A stretch of 64,000 nucleotides of DNA, taken from the NCBI GenBank assembly GCA_963770835.1, contig CAVYRH010000026.1:96001-160000 (forward strand), in the 5' to 3' direction. The notes beneath the pieces are model-generated. The model was not told the origin of the DNA, did not search any database, and saw only the letters and a list, made by a program, of their open reading frames with translations. This document shows, one piece after another, positions 28,007 through 38,184 of the stretch. A program made the translations under genes and the position numbers. How positions within the stretch are numbered: position 1 is the first letter of the stretch; each line of letters starts with the position of its first letter. The DNA is from an uncultured Pseudomonadota bacterium (GTDB lineage Bacteria > Oederibacteriota > Muellerivitia > Muellerivitales > Muellerivitaceae).

Positions 28007-28099
28007 CCTTCATCCTTTAAAACAGATTGAAGGTAACCTACCAAAGCTTGGACCGGGTTCTTATGACACCGCTCATGAACTGGCCCCAAAGAGAGGGTT

Positions 28100-28465
28100 T
28101 TATTTTTCTCCAGATGGGAGGCGGAGGTAGTTGTACAACAACGCGGCGCAAACCGCACCGATCACCGGTCCCAGGACGTAAATCCACATTTGTCCCAACT
28201 GTCCCTGGAACAGGGCCGGGGCCAGGGAGCGGGCCGGGTTCATGGAAGCCCCGGTCACGGGCCCGCCCACGAAAGCCGCCAGCATGACCGTGGCGCCGAT
28301 GGCGGCCCCGGCCATGGTGCCTTCCGCCCGGGTATCGGTGGCCACCGCCATGATGACGAACATGAGGAAAAAAGTGAGGATTCCTTCCCAAGCCAGGGCC
28401 TGTGGGTGATGGACCGAGGGGAAGGTGGTCCCGAAGGCCCCGCCCGGGGGAAGAAGGCCACCTGG
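28100..28465 (-). pseudogene. C-terminal half of an aquaporin/MIP channel
   Basis: EGILTFFLMFVIMAVATD, GPVTGASMNPARSLAPA, WIYVLGP. The first NPA half is absent and the upstream frame is not MIP-like. 5' boundary approximate. Confidence 0.75.
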
Positions 28466-28667
28466 CCGATTTGCAGGGCCGCCGCTTTGGGTTCTACGGT
28501 TCCTCCCGGAGAGAATGTTACAATCTAGAGCATACTCTAGAGTCAAGGGCCTTTGTTTGTTTCCCCGAAAAACAAGGAAACCTTTTGGAGCGGGGGAGCG
28601 TAATAGGGTTGGAAGCACATCCTCCCCCCATTAAGCTTGCAGGATCAACTTTCGGAAAGGAACTGAC

Positions 28668-29000
28668 ATGAATTATTACGAATCCAAGGACCTGGGCAAG
28701 TTCGCCGGCATCGGCAAGTTCAAGCCCGAGCTGGCGAAGAAGTTTTTCGATTATTACACCGCGGCCACGGGCACGGACGGCGCGCTGACCAAGCGGGAGA
28801 AGGCGCTCATCGGCCTGGCCCTGGCCCACGCCAAGCAATGCCCCTATTGCATCGACCAGTACACCACCCAATGCCTGGAGAACGGCTCCAACCCGGACGA
28901 GATGACCGAGGCCCTGCACGTGGCCGGGGCCCTGGAAGCGGGCATGACCTTAGTTCACGGCGTGCAGATGCACAACGTCATGGACCGCACAGGAGCCTGA
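28668..29000 (+). CDS. AhpD/CMD-like protein (arsenosugar biosynthesis-associated peroxidase-like)
   Basis: YY...DL.KF, GALTKREKALI, QCPYCID, LVHGVQM; directly upstream of arsS-like gene. Confidence 0.82.
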   Translation: MNYYESKDLGKFAGIGKFKPELAKKFFDYYTAATGTDGALTKREKALIGLALAHAKQCPYCIDQYTTQCLENGSNPDEMTEALHVAGALEAGMTLVHGVQMHNVMDRTGA

Positions 29001-29001
29001 T

Positions 29002-30024
29002 TTGTCCATCGACGTCCAAACCTTTGTTTCCAAGGCCGATTACGACCCGCGGTACGACTTCCAGGGAACGCTGGAAAAACACCGGCTGGATTTAAAGCCC
29101 GTCTCCATTGAGACCCTGCAGGTGAACGTCACCAAGCTTTGCAACCAGGCCTGCCGGCACTGCCATGTGGACGCCTCCCCCAAGCGCACGGAGCAAATGG
29201 ACAAAGCCACCGTGGACAAGTGCCTGGAAATCCTGGAGCGGTATCCTGCCATCAAGAACCTGGATATCACAGGCGGGGCACCCGAGTTGAACCCACACTT
29301 TGATTATTTCGTCGAGGAGGCCCGCAAGCTGGGAAAGCACGTCATGGTACGGCACAACCTGACGGTTACGCTGGACGGCAATCCCCAGACCGGGGAATCC
29401 AAGGAATACCTGCCGGGATTTTACGCCCGCAATAAAGTGGAGGTCATTTCCTCACTCCCTTATTTCCAGGAGTATTTCACCGACAAGCAAAGGGGAAAGG
29501 GAGTTTTTCAAAAAAGCCTGGAAAGCATGAAACGGTTGAATGAGGTTGGATACGGAATAGAAGGAAGCGGCCTGGCGTTGAACCTAGTTTACAACCCGGT
29601 GGGAGCTTTCCTGCCGGCCCCCCAGGCGGATTTGGAAAAGCAATTCCGGCAGGAATTGAAATCCAAATACGGCCTCGTTTTCAACCGGCTTTATACCATC
29701 ACCAACATGCCCATCCACCGGTTCAAAACCCAACTCCAGCAGATCGACGGCTATGAGGCTTACATGGAAAAACTGGTGAACTCCTTCAACCCCCAGGCGG
29801 CGCAAGGCGTCATGTGCCGGTCCCTCCTGAGCGTGGGTTACGACGGGCGGATTTACGACTGTGATTTCAACCAGATGCTGGAGATGTCCCTCGGCGGCCA
29901 AGAACCGTGGACGGTCTTCAACTTCGACTTCGAAAAACTGATGGATCGGCGCATCCTTTTCGCCTCCCATTGTTTCGGCTGTACGGCCGGGGCGGGCTCC
30001 AGTTGCGGCGGGGCGACCGCTTGA
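29002..30024 (+). CDS. arsS: radical SAM/Cys-rich protein ArsS (arsenosugar biosynthesis type)
   Basis: CNQACRHCHVDA, DITGGAPELNP, LNLVYNP, YDCDFNQM, HCFGCTAGAGSSCGG. Confidence 0.85.
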   Translation: MSIDVQTFVSKADYDPRYDFQGTLEKHRLDLKPVSIETLQVNVTKLCNQACRHCHVDASPKRTEQMDKATVDKCLEILERYPAIKNLDITGGAPELNPHFDYFVEEARKLGKHVMVRHNLTVTLDGNPQTGESKEYLPGFYARNKVEVISSLPYFQEYFTDKQRGKGVFQKSLESMKRLNEVGYGIEGSGLALNLVYNPVGAFLPAPQADLEKQFRQELKSKYGLVFNRLYTITNMPIHRFKTQLQQIDGYEAYMEKLVNSFNPQAAQGVMCRSLLSVGYDGRIYDCDFNQMLEMSLGGQEPWTVFNFDFEKLMDRRILFASHCFGCTAGAGSSCGGATA

Positions 30025-30415
30025 TTTCAACAACATCCAGGGTTCTCCGGCGGCGGTTGGTGGAGCTGGGATCGATGATCTTTTTTGACTTTTCCTAGCC
30101 CTATCCTGTTACCCGAAGTGGTAAACCGCCTTTAATTTTTCGAGCAGTCCATGTCATCGGACCTTTTTATCCTATGACTTTGAACAAAATCGGTCTCGAA
30201 CCCTCTTCATTACGGTGAAACTGCAGTAAAGATAATCATTTTCGATTTTTTATTTCATTCATGTAAAACATGCCGGTTTCCACCCTCCCGGCTGATATTT
30301 AATTCCCAAAGGACCGGTGATAATTCCTTAGGTTAAAGGAACGTCATGAGGTTGCCCCCGGATCTTTGAAGTCGGACTGCTCCCCCATTGAATCAAGTTG
30401 CCAAGGAGAATTTTT

Positions 30416-31576
30416 ATGAAATTTAGGATTGCCGCTCTTTTTTCGTTTTTGGTTTTGACATCCGTGCTGATCATCGGCTGTCCCGGTAAGAACAGCCCTT
30501 CCTCTCCCTCGGCGTCCGCACCCACGGATACCTTTACCGCAACCAACACGGCTTGCACGGATGGATCGGGCCATACCTGCACTTTCACCGTGACCCCCAC
30601 GGCCACTGAAACCGCCACCTCCTCGCCCACCGGTACCCCGACCAATACTGCCACTGTCACGGATACCAGGACCCCCACAGCTACAACCACCAATACGGGT
30701 ACCCCCACCCTTACCGGGACGCCCTCCAGCACCGCCACGATCACCAACACACCGACCAATAGTGGCACACCCACCCAAACCGGAACGCCCACCAACACTA
30801 TACCCACGACACCCACCTCTACGGCCACCAACAGCCCCACGGGAACGCCAAGCCCGACCTATTCCCCCACGCCGGATTGCACTGGAACTTATTCCATTTC
30901 CGGTAACATTACTTATACCGGCCCCACTTCCGGTGGAAGTAGTGCTTATGTATATGCAATACAAAACCCGGGCGGTGGCGGTAACAATTCGTGCAACCCC
31001 CCGGGCACAGGTCTTTCTGGAGGAACATCGGGATCCTACAGCCTCACCTACCTACCATCGGGTTCCTACTATGTGATCGCCTTCTATGGGGCGCTGCCAG
31101 GCAACAGTGGGCCTCCCCTGGGCTCCAATGCCGCCATTTACAATGCCGGAAATCCCGCTTGTTCCTTCAGCCCTTCCGAGAAAGTTAACGCTTCAACCAA
31201 TCCGACAGGGATCAACCTGACCTTTTCGAACACCTACCAGCTTTGGGGCGTCAACGCAGCTGTGACTTATACAGGGTCAAATTCAAACGGAGGCCTTCAG
31301 GTTGGGCTCTTCTCAGGCGTGAACACCTCCACGGGCGCTTATACCTTAATCACGGAAAATGGCGGGAATGGGGGCTCAAATTTCACTACCGGCCTTATTG
31401 ACACGACCACCGTCTGCGGCGGCGGGGGGAACGTTGAAGTCCTGGCTTGGTACGGCAACAGCTCCAACGGGCCAAACGCTGGCGACAGCTATGGCTATTA
31501 CGGCACGACATCGGAAGTGAATAATTCTACTTCAACGATTAGTATTATATTCAGCGACTCGACTACTTGGCATTGA
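30416..31576 (+). CDS. Thr/Pro-rich lipoprotein
   Basis: Signal peptide with IIG-C lipobox; long T/P/S tract; Gly/Asn-rich beta domains; AAGGAG RBS. Confidence 0.8.
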   Translation: MKFRIAALFSFLVLTSVLIIGCPGKNSPSSPSASAPTDTFTATNTACTDGSGHTCTFTVTPTATETATSSPTGTPTNTATVTDTRTPTATTTNTGTPTLTGTPSSTATITNTPTNSGTPTQTGTPTNTIPTTPTSTATNSPTGTPSPTYSPTPDCTGTYSISGNITYTGPTSGGSSAYVYAIQNPGGGGNNSCNPPGTGLSGGTSGSYSLTYLPSGSYYVIAFYGALPGNSGPPLGSNAAIYNAGNPACSFSPSEKVNASTNPTGINLTFSNTYQLWGVNAAVTYTGSNSNGGLQVGLFSGVNTSTGAYTLITENGGNGGSNFTTGLIDTTTVCGGGGNVEVLAWYGNSSNGPNAGDSYGYYGTTSEVNNSTSTISIIFSDSTTWH

Positions 31577-31608
31577 GTCAAACTTAAATTAGGTTAAAAA
31601 AGTAAACG

Positions 31609-31640
31609 AAGCCTGGGCCATTCGGCCCGGGCTTTTTTTT
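31609..31640 (+). terminator. rho-independent terminator
   Basis: aagcctgggcc-attc-ggcccgggc followed by a T8 tract. Confidence 0.8.
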
Positions 31641-31800
31641 GTTTTCTCCCATGTATTGCGAAACCATTCCTCCAAAAAGTCGATTTAGGCTGGTTTTCAG
31701 CTAGCTTTGGGATAAATATCTAACAAATAATCAACAAATGCCAAGGTTAAACGGATATAATTCCACCAACATCGATAGGTCAACCCCTTCAGGAGGATGT

Positions 31801-32631
31801 ATGAAAAAGTTTTTAGCAGTGATTTCGATATTTTGCGCGACGGCGTTGTTCATGGCCGGCACCCGGGTTTTCGCGGACGACTCGACCCCCGCAGCTTCCA
31901 CCACGCCCAGTACCACCTCAACGGGGTCCAAGCATCATGGGAAAAAGAAAGCCTCATTAACTCCCACCCCCCAACCAACGGTTCAAGCGATTCCGCAATC
32001 CACAGCGACTTCCACCGCAACACCGAAAACCGCCACTGCGACGCCCACTCCGATGGCCTTTTTCACCTCCACGCTTTTCTCGGGGAACGTAAGGCTTTAC
32101 GACCGGATGGGAGTCCCGGGCGATTTGCAAAAAGCCATTGCCGCTGCGGCAAAGACCACGGGTTCCTCCGTGGCGAAACACGACCGGTCCGTTTTCTTGT
32201 GGTTAGGCAAGGTTACTTCCGGCAGCGACAGTGACCGCGCAAACGCCTATATCCGTTTCAGCCTGGATGGAGTCGCGTTCGATGGGCCGAAGAAACCGTC
32301 GTTGGTCCTGACCGGCACGGTTTACGACCAATCGGGGAACGTCTGCAAGGCGGGGGATTTCGTCGAAGTGGCAGTGGATTTCCGGAGCATCAAAGTGGAT
32401 TACGAGGGGACCAAGCTGGGGGAGGTCAACAAGGGGAACGACATCGCCGACCAGGTTTTCGACATCCTCAATGGACACTCCTCCTACCAATGGGTCTTAA
32501 TCGCCCAAGATCAGGTCCGGGACCCCCAGGAATCCATGGGCATGCCGACCTTTGTGGTCAAAGCCCAGGATGGTTACGCTTTCCTCCAAGCCCTGGATAG
32601 CCATTCCCATTCCAGCGCCTCCGATCGCTGA
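31801..32631 (+). CDS. secreted hypothetical protein with T/P-rich linker
   Basis: AGGAGG RBS; signal peptide (..VFA-DD); TPTP tracts. Confidence 0.75.
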   Translation: MKKFLAVISIFCATALFMAGTRVFADDSTPAASTTPSTTSTGSKHHGKKKASLTPTPQPTVQAIPQSTATSTATPKTATATPTPMAFFTSTLFSGNVRLYDRMGVPGDLQKAIAAAAKTTGSSVAKHDRSVFLWLGKVTSGSDSDRANAYIRFSLDGVAFDGPKKPSLVLTGTVYDQSGNVCKAGDFVEVAVDFRSIKVDYEGTKLGEVNKGNDIADQVFDILNGHSSYQWVLIAQDQVRDPQESMGMPTFVVKAQDGYAFLQALDSHSHSSASDR

Positions 32632-32638
32632 GGCGGGC

Positions 32639-34150
32639 ATGAAAACAAAATTCGGAAAATTCCTCAGCCGGTGGCTGGCCTTAGCACTTTTGGCTTGCCC
32701 CGGATGGGCCTCCGCCCTGGGGCTTCCTTTTGCCTCGCCCCCTTTGGTCATCGAAGCCAAGGGAATGGGTAACGCGGTGGTCGCGGATGGCACTCTCTTT
32801 AACGCCACCGCTTACAACCCCGCCCTCCTTCAAAATTACAGCGATTTCGGCGAAGTGCACCTGGAACTTAATCTGGGCAACGACGTCTTCGGAATGGCTA
32901 ATTATCTGACTAATTCCGATAACACCAATAACCTCCAGAATTCCTTACAGAACGTGAACCAGTCCTTTCAAGATATCAACAACGGCTTAACTGCCTTCGC
33001 CAACGGTAACTCAAGTGGGGTCACAACCTTTAACCAGGGCGTCACCGGACTTCAAACCGCCGTCAACAACATCCAAACGGCCATATCTCACTTCACCGAC
33101 AAGACTATCCAGTTGGGAGCGGGCCTTGATATCGCCTTCAAAATTGACGACAACTGGGGTTTCCAGGCCTACAACACCAGCCAGGCGGCTTTCCAGGTTT
33201 CCCGTGGAAGCCTAGTCCAAGCCCTCCTGGCCCTTCAAACTCTTCCCACACTACAAACCAACTCCAATCAGGCGGTGACGCAAGCGGCGGTCTCCCTTTA
33301 TGGGAACGCCCAGTCGATTTTCAACGCCTTCCTGACCCCCACCCAACAGCAACAGTTGAGTACGGCTGTCTCGACTTTAAAGTCTTCAAATGGAGACAAC
33401 GCGGCCCTATTGGCTTTCGCCAATAGCGTTAACAGTGTCCTATCCAGCGTATCCTCCCAACTCTCGCAACAGGCCCTTTTCAACGACATCGCCCCCATTA
33501 CGGCCTTCGTTTACTCCGACACGGTATTGATGGCCACCTATTGCACGAGACCCTTGGAGAGCGACGGAAACCTTACGACTGGGATCAACCTCAAGGCCGT
33601 CAACCGGCGCATCGCCTCCATCAATTCGATCTACCTGGCCGCCCAAAATACGAGCCAGTTCTCGGATATCGGAAACGACCTCAAGAACGACATTCAGCAA
33701 TCCACTTGGCGTTGGGGTGTGGACTTGGGGGTCTTGTATAACTTTGACGATCCAAGGATAGCGGTGGGGGCCTGTGCCACCGACCTGCTACATTCCACGG
33801 CCACGCTCAAAACCCAGTCCAACGACCCGCTTTATGGGCTGGTGACGGACTCGGCACCGACGGTGGTGCGGGTGGGGGCTTCCTATAAACCCCTCAAGGA
33901 ATTGACTGTCAACGCAGACATCGACGACCTCTTAGGCAACACCTCTTATTACCAGGGCCTGGATGCCTTCTCTCACGTGGATTTCGGGTTCAACTATAAC
34001 CTCGGGGGGATTCTTCAACTGCGGGGAGGTATCACCAACGACAACCTCTGTGGCGGAGTGGGGCTTCCCTTGGGCATCCAGTATGCCTTTGCCGTGGACA
34101 ACCTCACCCAAAGCTACAACCATTACTTGCAGTTCGACGTGGCTTTCTAG
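32639..34150 (+). CDS. outer-membrane beta-barrel protein, TraF-like/FadL-like
   Basis: Signal peptide; GMGNAVVA...YNPALL N-terminal motif; C-terminal YLQFDVAF beta-signal. Confidence 0.65.
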   Translation: MKTKFGKFLSRWLALALLACPGWASALGLPFASPPLVIEAKGMGNAVVADGTLFNATAYNPALLQNYSDFGEVHLELNLGNDVFGMANYLTNSDNTNNLQNSLQNVNQSFQDINNGLTAFANGNSSGVTTFNQGVTGLQTAVNNIQTAISHFTDKTIQLGAGLDIAFKIDDNWGFQAYNTSQAAFQVSRGSLVQALLALQTLPTLQTNSNQAVTQAAVSLYGNAQSIFNAFLTPTQQQQLSTAVSTLKSSNGDNAALLAFANSVNSVLSSVSSQLSQQALFNDIAPITAFVYSDTVLMATYCTRPLESDGNLTTGINLKAVNRRIASINSIYLAAQNTSQFSDIGNDLKNDIQQSTWRWGVDLGVLYNFDDPRIAVGACATDLLHSTATLKTQSNDPLYGLVTDSAPTVVRVGASYKPLKELTVNADIDDLLGNTSYYQGLDAFSHVDFGFNYNLGGILQLRGGITNDNLCGGVGLPLGIQYAFAVDNLTQSYNHYLQFDVAF

Positions 34151-34184
34151 ACCGTCCTAGTTCTGGAAAATTTCGGATTTCATC

Positions 34185-34213
34185 AAAGCCCGGCTAAAAG
34201 CCGGGTTTTTTGT
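34185..34213 (+). terminator. rho-independent terminator
   Basis: gcccggct-aaa-agccgggt followed by a T tract. Confidence 0.75.
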
Positions 34214-34355
34214 TTCTTGAAAGAGGTTTTGTTTCCGAATAAACTACGTCCCCCGCAAAAGACCTTGGACATTTACCCGTTGGATCTTTGCCCCAAGGGT
34301 GGAATGCCAAGTCTGTTTTTAGATCAGGCCCCTGGCCCGATTGTTTATTGATTTT

Positions 34356-34432
34356 GGACATTTAGCTCAGCTGGTTAGAGCGTCGCGTTCACATCGCGAA
34401 GGTCACTGGTTCAAATCCAGTAATGTCCACCA
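34356..34432 (+). tRNA. tRNA-Val (anticodon CAC)
   Basis: GGACATT...AATGTCC-ACCA acceptor stem; TAGCTCAGCTGG D-arm; TCGCG-TTCACAT-CGCGA anticodon arm; GGTTCAAATCC T-arm. Confidence 0.95.
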
Positions 34433-34437
34433 ACCGC

Positions 34438-34473
34438 AAAAGCCCGTCCCCTTTTGGGTGACGGGCTTTTTTA
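34438..34473 (+). terminator. rho-independent terminator after tRNA
   Basis: aaaagcccgtc...gacgggcttttttt. Confidence 0.8.
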
Positions 34474-34541
34474 TGCAAAGCCAATGAAAATTCCATGATT
34501 CATCTCATTGTCCAAGGTTAACCCTTTGTTACAATATCCGC

Positions 34542-35231
34542 ATGTGCTCTCGCTTCGTCCTCAAAAGCCCGCCGAAAGCCATCGCCAACATGTTCAAGTT
34601 GGAAAAAGCCGTCGATTGGAAGCCCCGATACAACGTGGCGCCGTCCCAGAAAATCCCCACTATCATCCGCCCCCTCGGGAATAAGACCCGCGAAATGAAG
34701 CTGTTGCAGTGGGGGTTCGTGGCTTCCTGGACCCAGGGGGGAAGGCTTTTAGTGAACGTCCAAAGCGAGAACATCGGCGATAAGCCGATCCTTCAGGAGT
34801 CCTTCGAGAAGTGGCGGTGCCTCATCCCCGTGGACGGCTTTTACGAGTGGCGGCACCAGGCCAAGGAAACCCATCCCTATTACATCCAAATGAAGGACAA
34901 AAAAACTTTCGCCCTGGCGGGGCTTTGGGCCCCGCAAAAGCTGGAGAACCAGACGCTGGAAGTCTGCGCCATCCTGACCACGACCCCCAATGAGGTGGTA
35001 CGCGTGGTGCACGACCGGATGCCGGTGATCGTGGACCCAAAGTATTATGACCTATGGCTGAACTCGGACGACGTCCGGGATTTCAAGGAGATCGAAAAGC
35101 TCTTCCGCCCCTATCCGGGGGAAGAAATGGAAGCCTACCAGGTTGGCGCCTGGGTGAACAACGTCATCCACGACGACGGGAAGTGCATCGAGCCTTCCAA
35201 CGAACCAGAGACGCTGGCCTTCGAGTTCTAA
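34542..35231 (+). CDS. SOS response-associated peptidase (SRAP/YedK/HMCES)
   Basis: N-terminal MCSRF, PRYNVAPSQ, RCLIPVDGFYEW, HDRMPV. Confidence 0.92.
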   Translation: MCSRFVLKSPPKAIANMFKLEKAVDWKPRYNVAPSQKIPTIIRPLGNKTREMKLLQWGFVASWTQGGRLLVNVQSENIGDKPILQESFEKWRCLIPVDGFYEWRHQAKETHPYYIQMKDKKTFALAGLWAPQKLENQTLEVCAILTTTPNEVVRVVHDRMPVIVDPKYYDLWLNSDDVRDFKEIEKLFRPYPGEEMEAYQVGAWVNNVIHDDGKCIEPSNEPETLAFEF

Positions 35232-35247
35232 CCTAAAACCTCTATTG

Positions 35248-35353
35248 AACCACCAAGGCACCAAGGGCACCAAGAACAACGAATGACAAAGAAGTGGACC
35301 CCCAAAGCAAAATTCTCTTTTGCTTTCCTTGGTGTCTATGTGTCTTCGCGGTT
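35248..35353. repeat. intergenic palindrome with ~9-bp periodic arms
   Basis: aaccaccaaggcaccaagggcaccaag ... cttggtgtctatgtgtcttcgcggtt. Confidence 0.75.
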
Positions 35354-35364
35354 AAGCATTTTTG

Positions 35365-35844
35365 TTAAAAGTTCCTAAGTTCTTTTCCGCCGCGGAAAAC
35401 CGCCGAGCTGTCCGGTGTTTCCCAAAGCGCCACTTCCACCTGCCGCACCTTTTCCTTTTTTAAAAAGGGCTCCAAGCGTTTCCAGATCACCTGGGCCATG
35501 TTCTCGGCAGTGGGCTGGAAGAAGGGGTCGCCCTTGAACGGTTCCACTTCCTTGTTGATGAAGCGGTGGTCGAAGCGGGCGTAAACTTCCCTCTTTAAAA
35601 TCTCCTTTAACACCCGGAAGTCCATGACGAAGCCCGTGACGGGGTCGACGGGGCCTTGGACGGTGACTTTCAACCGGTAGGAATGGCCATGGGGGTAAAA
35701 AACGGCCTTGGGATCATCCTTCCGATACCCCGCGCATTTGCGGAACACCTCCAGGTTCTTGGCCCGGTCCCACTTGGGGTTGTGCAGGTAATGCGCCGCC
35801 TCAAAGGTGATCTCTTTTGAGATTTCGGCGATGGTCTTTTTCAT
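35365..35844 (-). CDS. queD: 6-carboxytetrahydropterin synthase
   Basis: FEAAHYL, C...HGHSY, GFVMDF, FDHRFIN, PTAEN, LWETP; ATG 35844 overlaps the nadE stop. Confidence 0.88.
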   Translation of the reverse strand: MKKTIAEISKEITFEAAHYLHNPKWDRAKNLEVFRKCAGYRKDDPKAVFYPHGHSYRLKVTVQGPVDPVTGFVMDFRVLKEILKREVYARFDHRFINKEVEPFKGDPFFQPTAENMAQVIWKRLEPFLKKEKVRQVEVALWETPDSSAVFRGGKELRNF

Positions 35845-37484
35845 GCATCTTCCTTGAATTTTTGCGCGATGGGCACCCGTCGGCCCATGCCGAAGGCCTT
35901 GGTGGTGACCTTCAGGCCCGGCGCCATCTGGCGGCGCTTGTACTCGTTGCGGTTGATCTTTCCCAGTACTTCCTCGACCAACTTGGCGTCGAAGCCGGCC
36001 TTTACGATCTTGAAGGGCGGCTGGTTCTCCTCGATATAAAGGCGGAGGATGGCGTCCAAGGTTTCGTATGGGGGGAGGCTGTCCTGGTCGGTCTGGTTGG
36101 GCCTCAGTTCCGCCGAGGGCGGTTTGGCGAAGACCGCCTCGGGGATAAGGTGTTCCTTGCGGTTCACGTGCAGGGACAGCCGATACACCATCCCCTTGGG
36201 TACGTCCGAAATCACCGCCAACCCGCCGCACATGTCCCCGTAAAGGGTGCAATAGCCCACCGCCAGTTCGCTCTTGTTGCCGGTGGAGAGCACCAATCGG
36301 TTGAACTTATTGGAAAGAGCCATGAGGATCAGCCCTCGCAGGCGGGCCTGGATGTTTTCTTCCGTCGCGTCCTTCGGCAAGTCCTTAAAAACCGGCTTAA
36401 GGGTCCCCAGTGACTCCTCCAATAACGGCGTAATGGGGACTTCCTTAAACTCCATGCCCAAAGTTTGGGCCAACTGGCGGGAATCCTCAATGGAACCCTT
36501 CGAGGAAAAGGGCGAGGGCATGGTGACCCCCATGACGTTTTCGGGCCCCAGGGCCTGGCAGGCGATGGCCGCCACCAGGGAGGAATCGATCCCACCGGAG
36601 AGGCCGATCAGGACCTTCTCAAACCCGCATTTATGGACGTAATCCCGGGTACCCAAGACCAAAGCCCGGTAAATGTTATCGATCTCAACCGCCGGGGGCA
36701 CAGCGGGCTGCAGCGACGGGTTTTCCGTGTCGTAGACGAAGAAGTCCTCCTCGAAAGCCTTTCCCAACCGGAAAAGGTTGCCGGCCGCGTCCATCACCAT
36801 GCTGCAGCCGTCGAAGACCAGCTCATCGTTGCCGCCCACCAGGTTGCAGTAAAGCACCGGAGCCTTGGTTTTCTTGCTTACGTCCTTGAGCAGCGTCTGG
36901 CGCACGGAGAGTTTGGCGTAATGGAAAGGGGAGGCCGAAAGATTCAAAACCAGGTCGGGCCTGGCCTTGGCCAATTCCTCCACCGGGTCCTTAGCATAAA
37001 GCCGGTGGGTAAAGACACCCTCGACGTTCCAGATGTCCTCGCAAATGGTGACGGCGATCTTTAATCCCTTATAAGAGAAGGGCGGCTCGGGCTTGGAAGC
37101 CGGGGCGAAATAGCGGGCCTCGTCGAAAACGTCGTAGTTGGGCAAGAGAACTTTTTTATAAACATACAGGATGGCGCCATCGGCCACCGCCACAGCGGCA
37201 TTGAAAAGGGGGTTCCCCGGGTCCTTGTTCTCCTGGATAGTGCCCACCACGGCCAGGATGCCTTGGGCCGCCTGGGCCACTTTCTCCAAGGCCTTCCGGG
37301 ACTTTTCGAAAAACGAGAAGCGGTCCAAAAGGTCCCGGGGAGGGTATCCGGTGATGGTCAATTCGGGGAAAAGGGCCAGCCCGCAGCCGGCCTTCCGGGC
37401 CTTTTCCAGGTATAGGCTTATTTTTTCGACGTTGCCGTCGAAGTCGCCCACGGTTGTGTTGATCTGGCAAACGGCGATTTTCAT
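35841..37484 (-). CDS. nadE: glutamine-dependent NAD+ synthetase
   Basis: Nitrilase domain (FPEL, LPNYDVFDEARYF, ICEDIW); GLSGGIDS, ENIQARLRG, STGNKSE, PPSAELRPNQTD. Confidence 0.96.
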   Translation of the reverse strand: MKIAVCQINTTVGDFDGNVEKISLYLEKARKAGCGLALFPELTITGYPPRDLLDRFSFFEKSRKALEKVAQAAQGILAVVGTIQENKDPGNPLFNAAVAVADGAILYVYKKVLLPNYDVFDEARYFAPASKPEPPFSYKGLKIAVTICEDIWNVEGVFTHRLYAKDPVEELAKARPDLVLNLSASPFHYAKLSVRQTLLKDVSKKTKAPVLYCNLVGGNDELVFDGCSMVMDAAGNLFRLGKAFEEDFFVYDTENPSLQPAVPPAVEIDNIYRALVLGTRDYVHKCGFEKVLIGLSGGIDSSLVAAIACQALGPENVMGVTMPSPFSSKGSIEDSRQLAQTLGMEFKEVPITPLLEESLGTLKPVFKDLPKDATEENIQARLRGLILMALSNKFNRLVLSTGNKSELAVGYCTLYGDMCGGLAVISDVPKGMVYRLSLHVNRKEHLIPEAVFAKPPSAELRPNQTDQDSLPPYETLDAILRLYIEENQPPFKIVKAGFDAKLVEEVLGKINRNEYKRRQMAPGLKVTTKAFGMGRRVPIAQKFKEDA

Positions 37485-37497
37485 CTAAAACCTTTTG

Positions 37498-37581
37498 AAC
37501 CGCGGAGTACACGGAGAACACAGGGTAAAACAACTTTCAATCTTTTGTTTTACCCTGTGAACCCTGTGTCCCCTGTGGCTA
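37498..37581. repeat. intergenic palindrome with ~9-bp periodic arms (same family as 35248)
   Basis: aaccgcggagtacacggagaacacagggtaaaaca ... tgttttaccctgtgaaccctgtgtcccctgtggct. Confidence 0.75.
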
Positions 37582-37647
37582 AGATGTTTTTTATTTGAGC
37601 GCTTAGTGTAAGGTGAACGCCGTGTTAAGTCAAAAAGAGGAGCATCC

Positions 37648-38160
37648 TTGATTTTCGGGGTTTTGGCGGACACCCACGGCGTCCTGACGGCGGCCCAAGA
37701 GGCGGTTTTGAAAAAAGCCTTCAAGGGCGTGGACTATATCCTTCACGCGGGGCCCGTGGGGGACTTGCGGGTGCTGGAGCAACTATCCAAGATCGCGCCC
37801 ACGCGGGGGGTCTGCGGCAACGCGGAAAATTCCATCATCCGGTCCGAGCTTTACGTGCGGCAGGCCTGGCGGGCGGGCGTCGTCACCCTGGGGCTCGTCC
37901 ACGGCTACGGCAAGCCCCACGGCCTGAAAGCCTGGCTCATGAAGCAGTTTGAGGAAGACCCGGTGCAGGTCATCGTCTATGGCCGGAACTTCGAGCCCAC
38001 GGCCCGTCAAATCGGCGGCGTTTATTTTTTCAGCCCCGGCTCCTTTTCCGGCAACCTACCCGAAGGCCAGCATGGCAAAAAAGGCCCGGCCCGCGTAGGA
38101 TTGTTGTTTATCCACGGAAAAAAAGTGGACGGGCAGGCCGGCCTACCGGCCAGCCACTAA
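37648..38160 (+). CDS. YfcE-like metallophosphoesterase-fold protein (degenerate)
   Basis: GVLADTHG, ILHAG, GN, HG, SPGS; several metal ligands substituted. Confidence 0.75.
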   Translation: MIFGVLADTHGVLTAAQEAVLKKAFKGVDYILHAGPVGDLRVLEQLSKIAPTRGVCGNAENSIIRSELYVRQAWRAGVVTLGLVHGYGKPHGLKAWLMKQFEEDPVQVIVYGRNFEPTARQIGGVYFFSPGSFSGNLPEGQHGKKGPARVGLLFIHGKKVDGQAGLPASH

Positions 38161-38184
38161 TTCAAGGCATCCGATTGGATCATT

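Noticed and set aside
34265..34364. 11-bp TTGGACATTTA repeat overlapping the tRNA-Val 5' end as a possible att site or second tRNA
   Set aside because: Too short, the upstream copy does not fold as a tRNA, there is no integrase, and no tRNA 3'-end duplicate was seen
35845..36252. Long N-terminal extension of queD in the ORF track
   Set aside because: Lies within nadE in another frame; the QueD motifs start at ATG 35844
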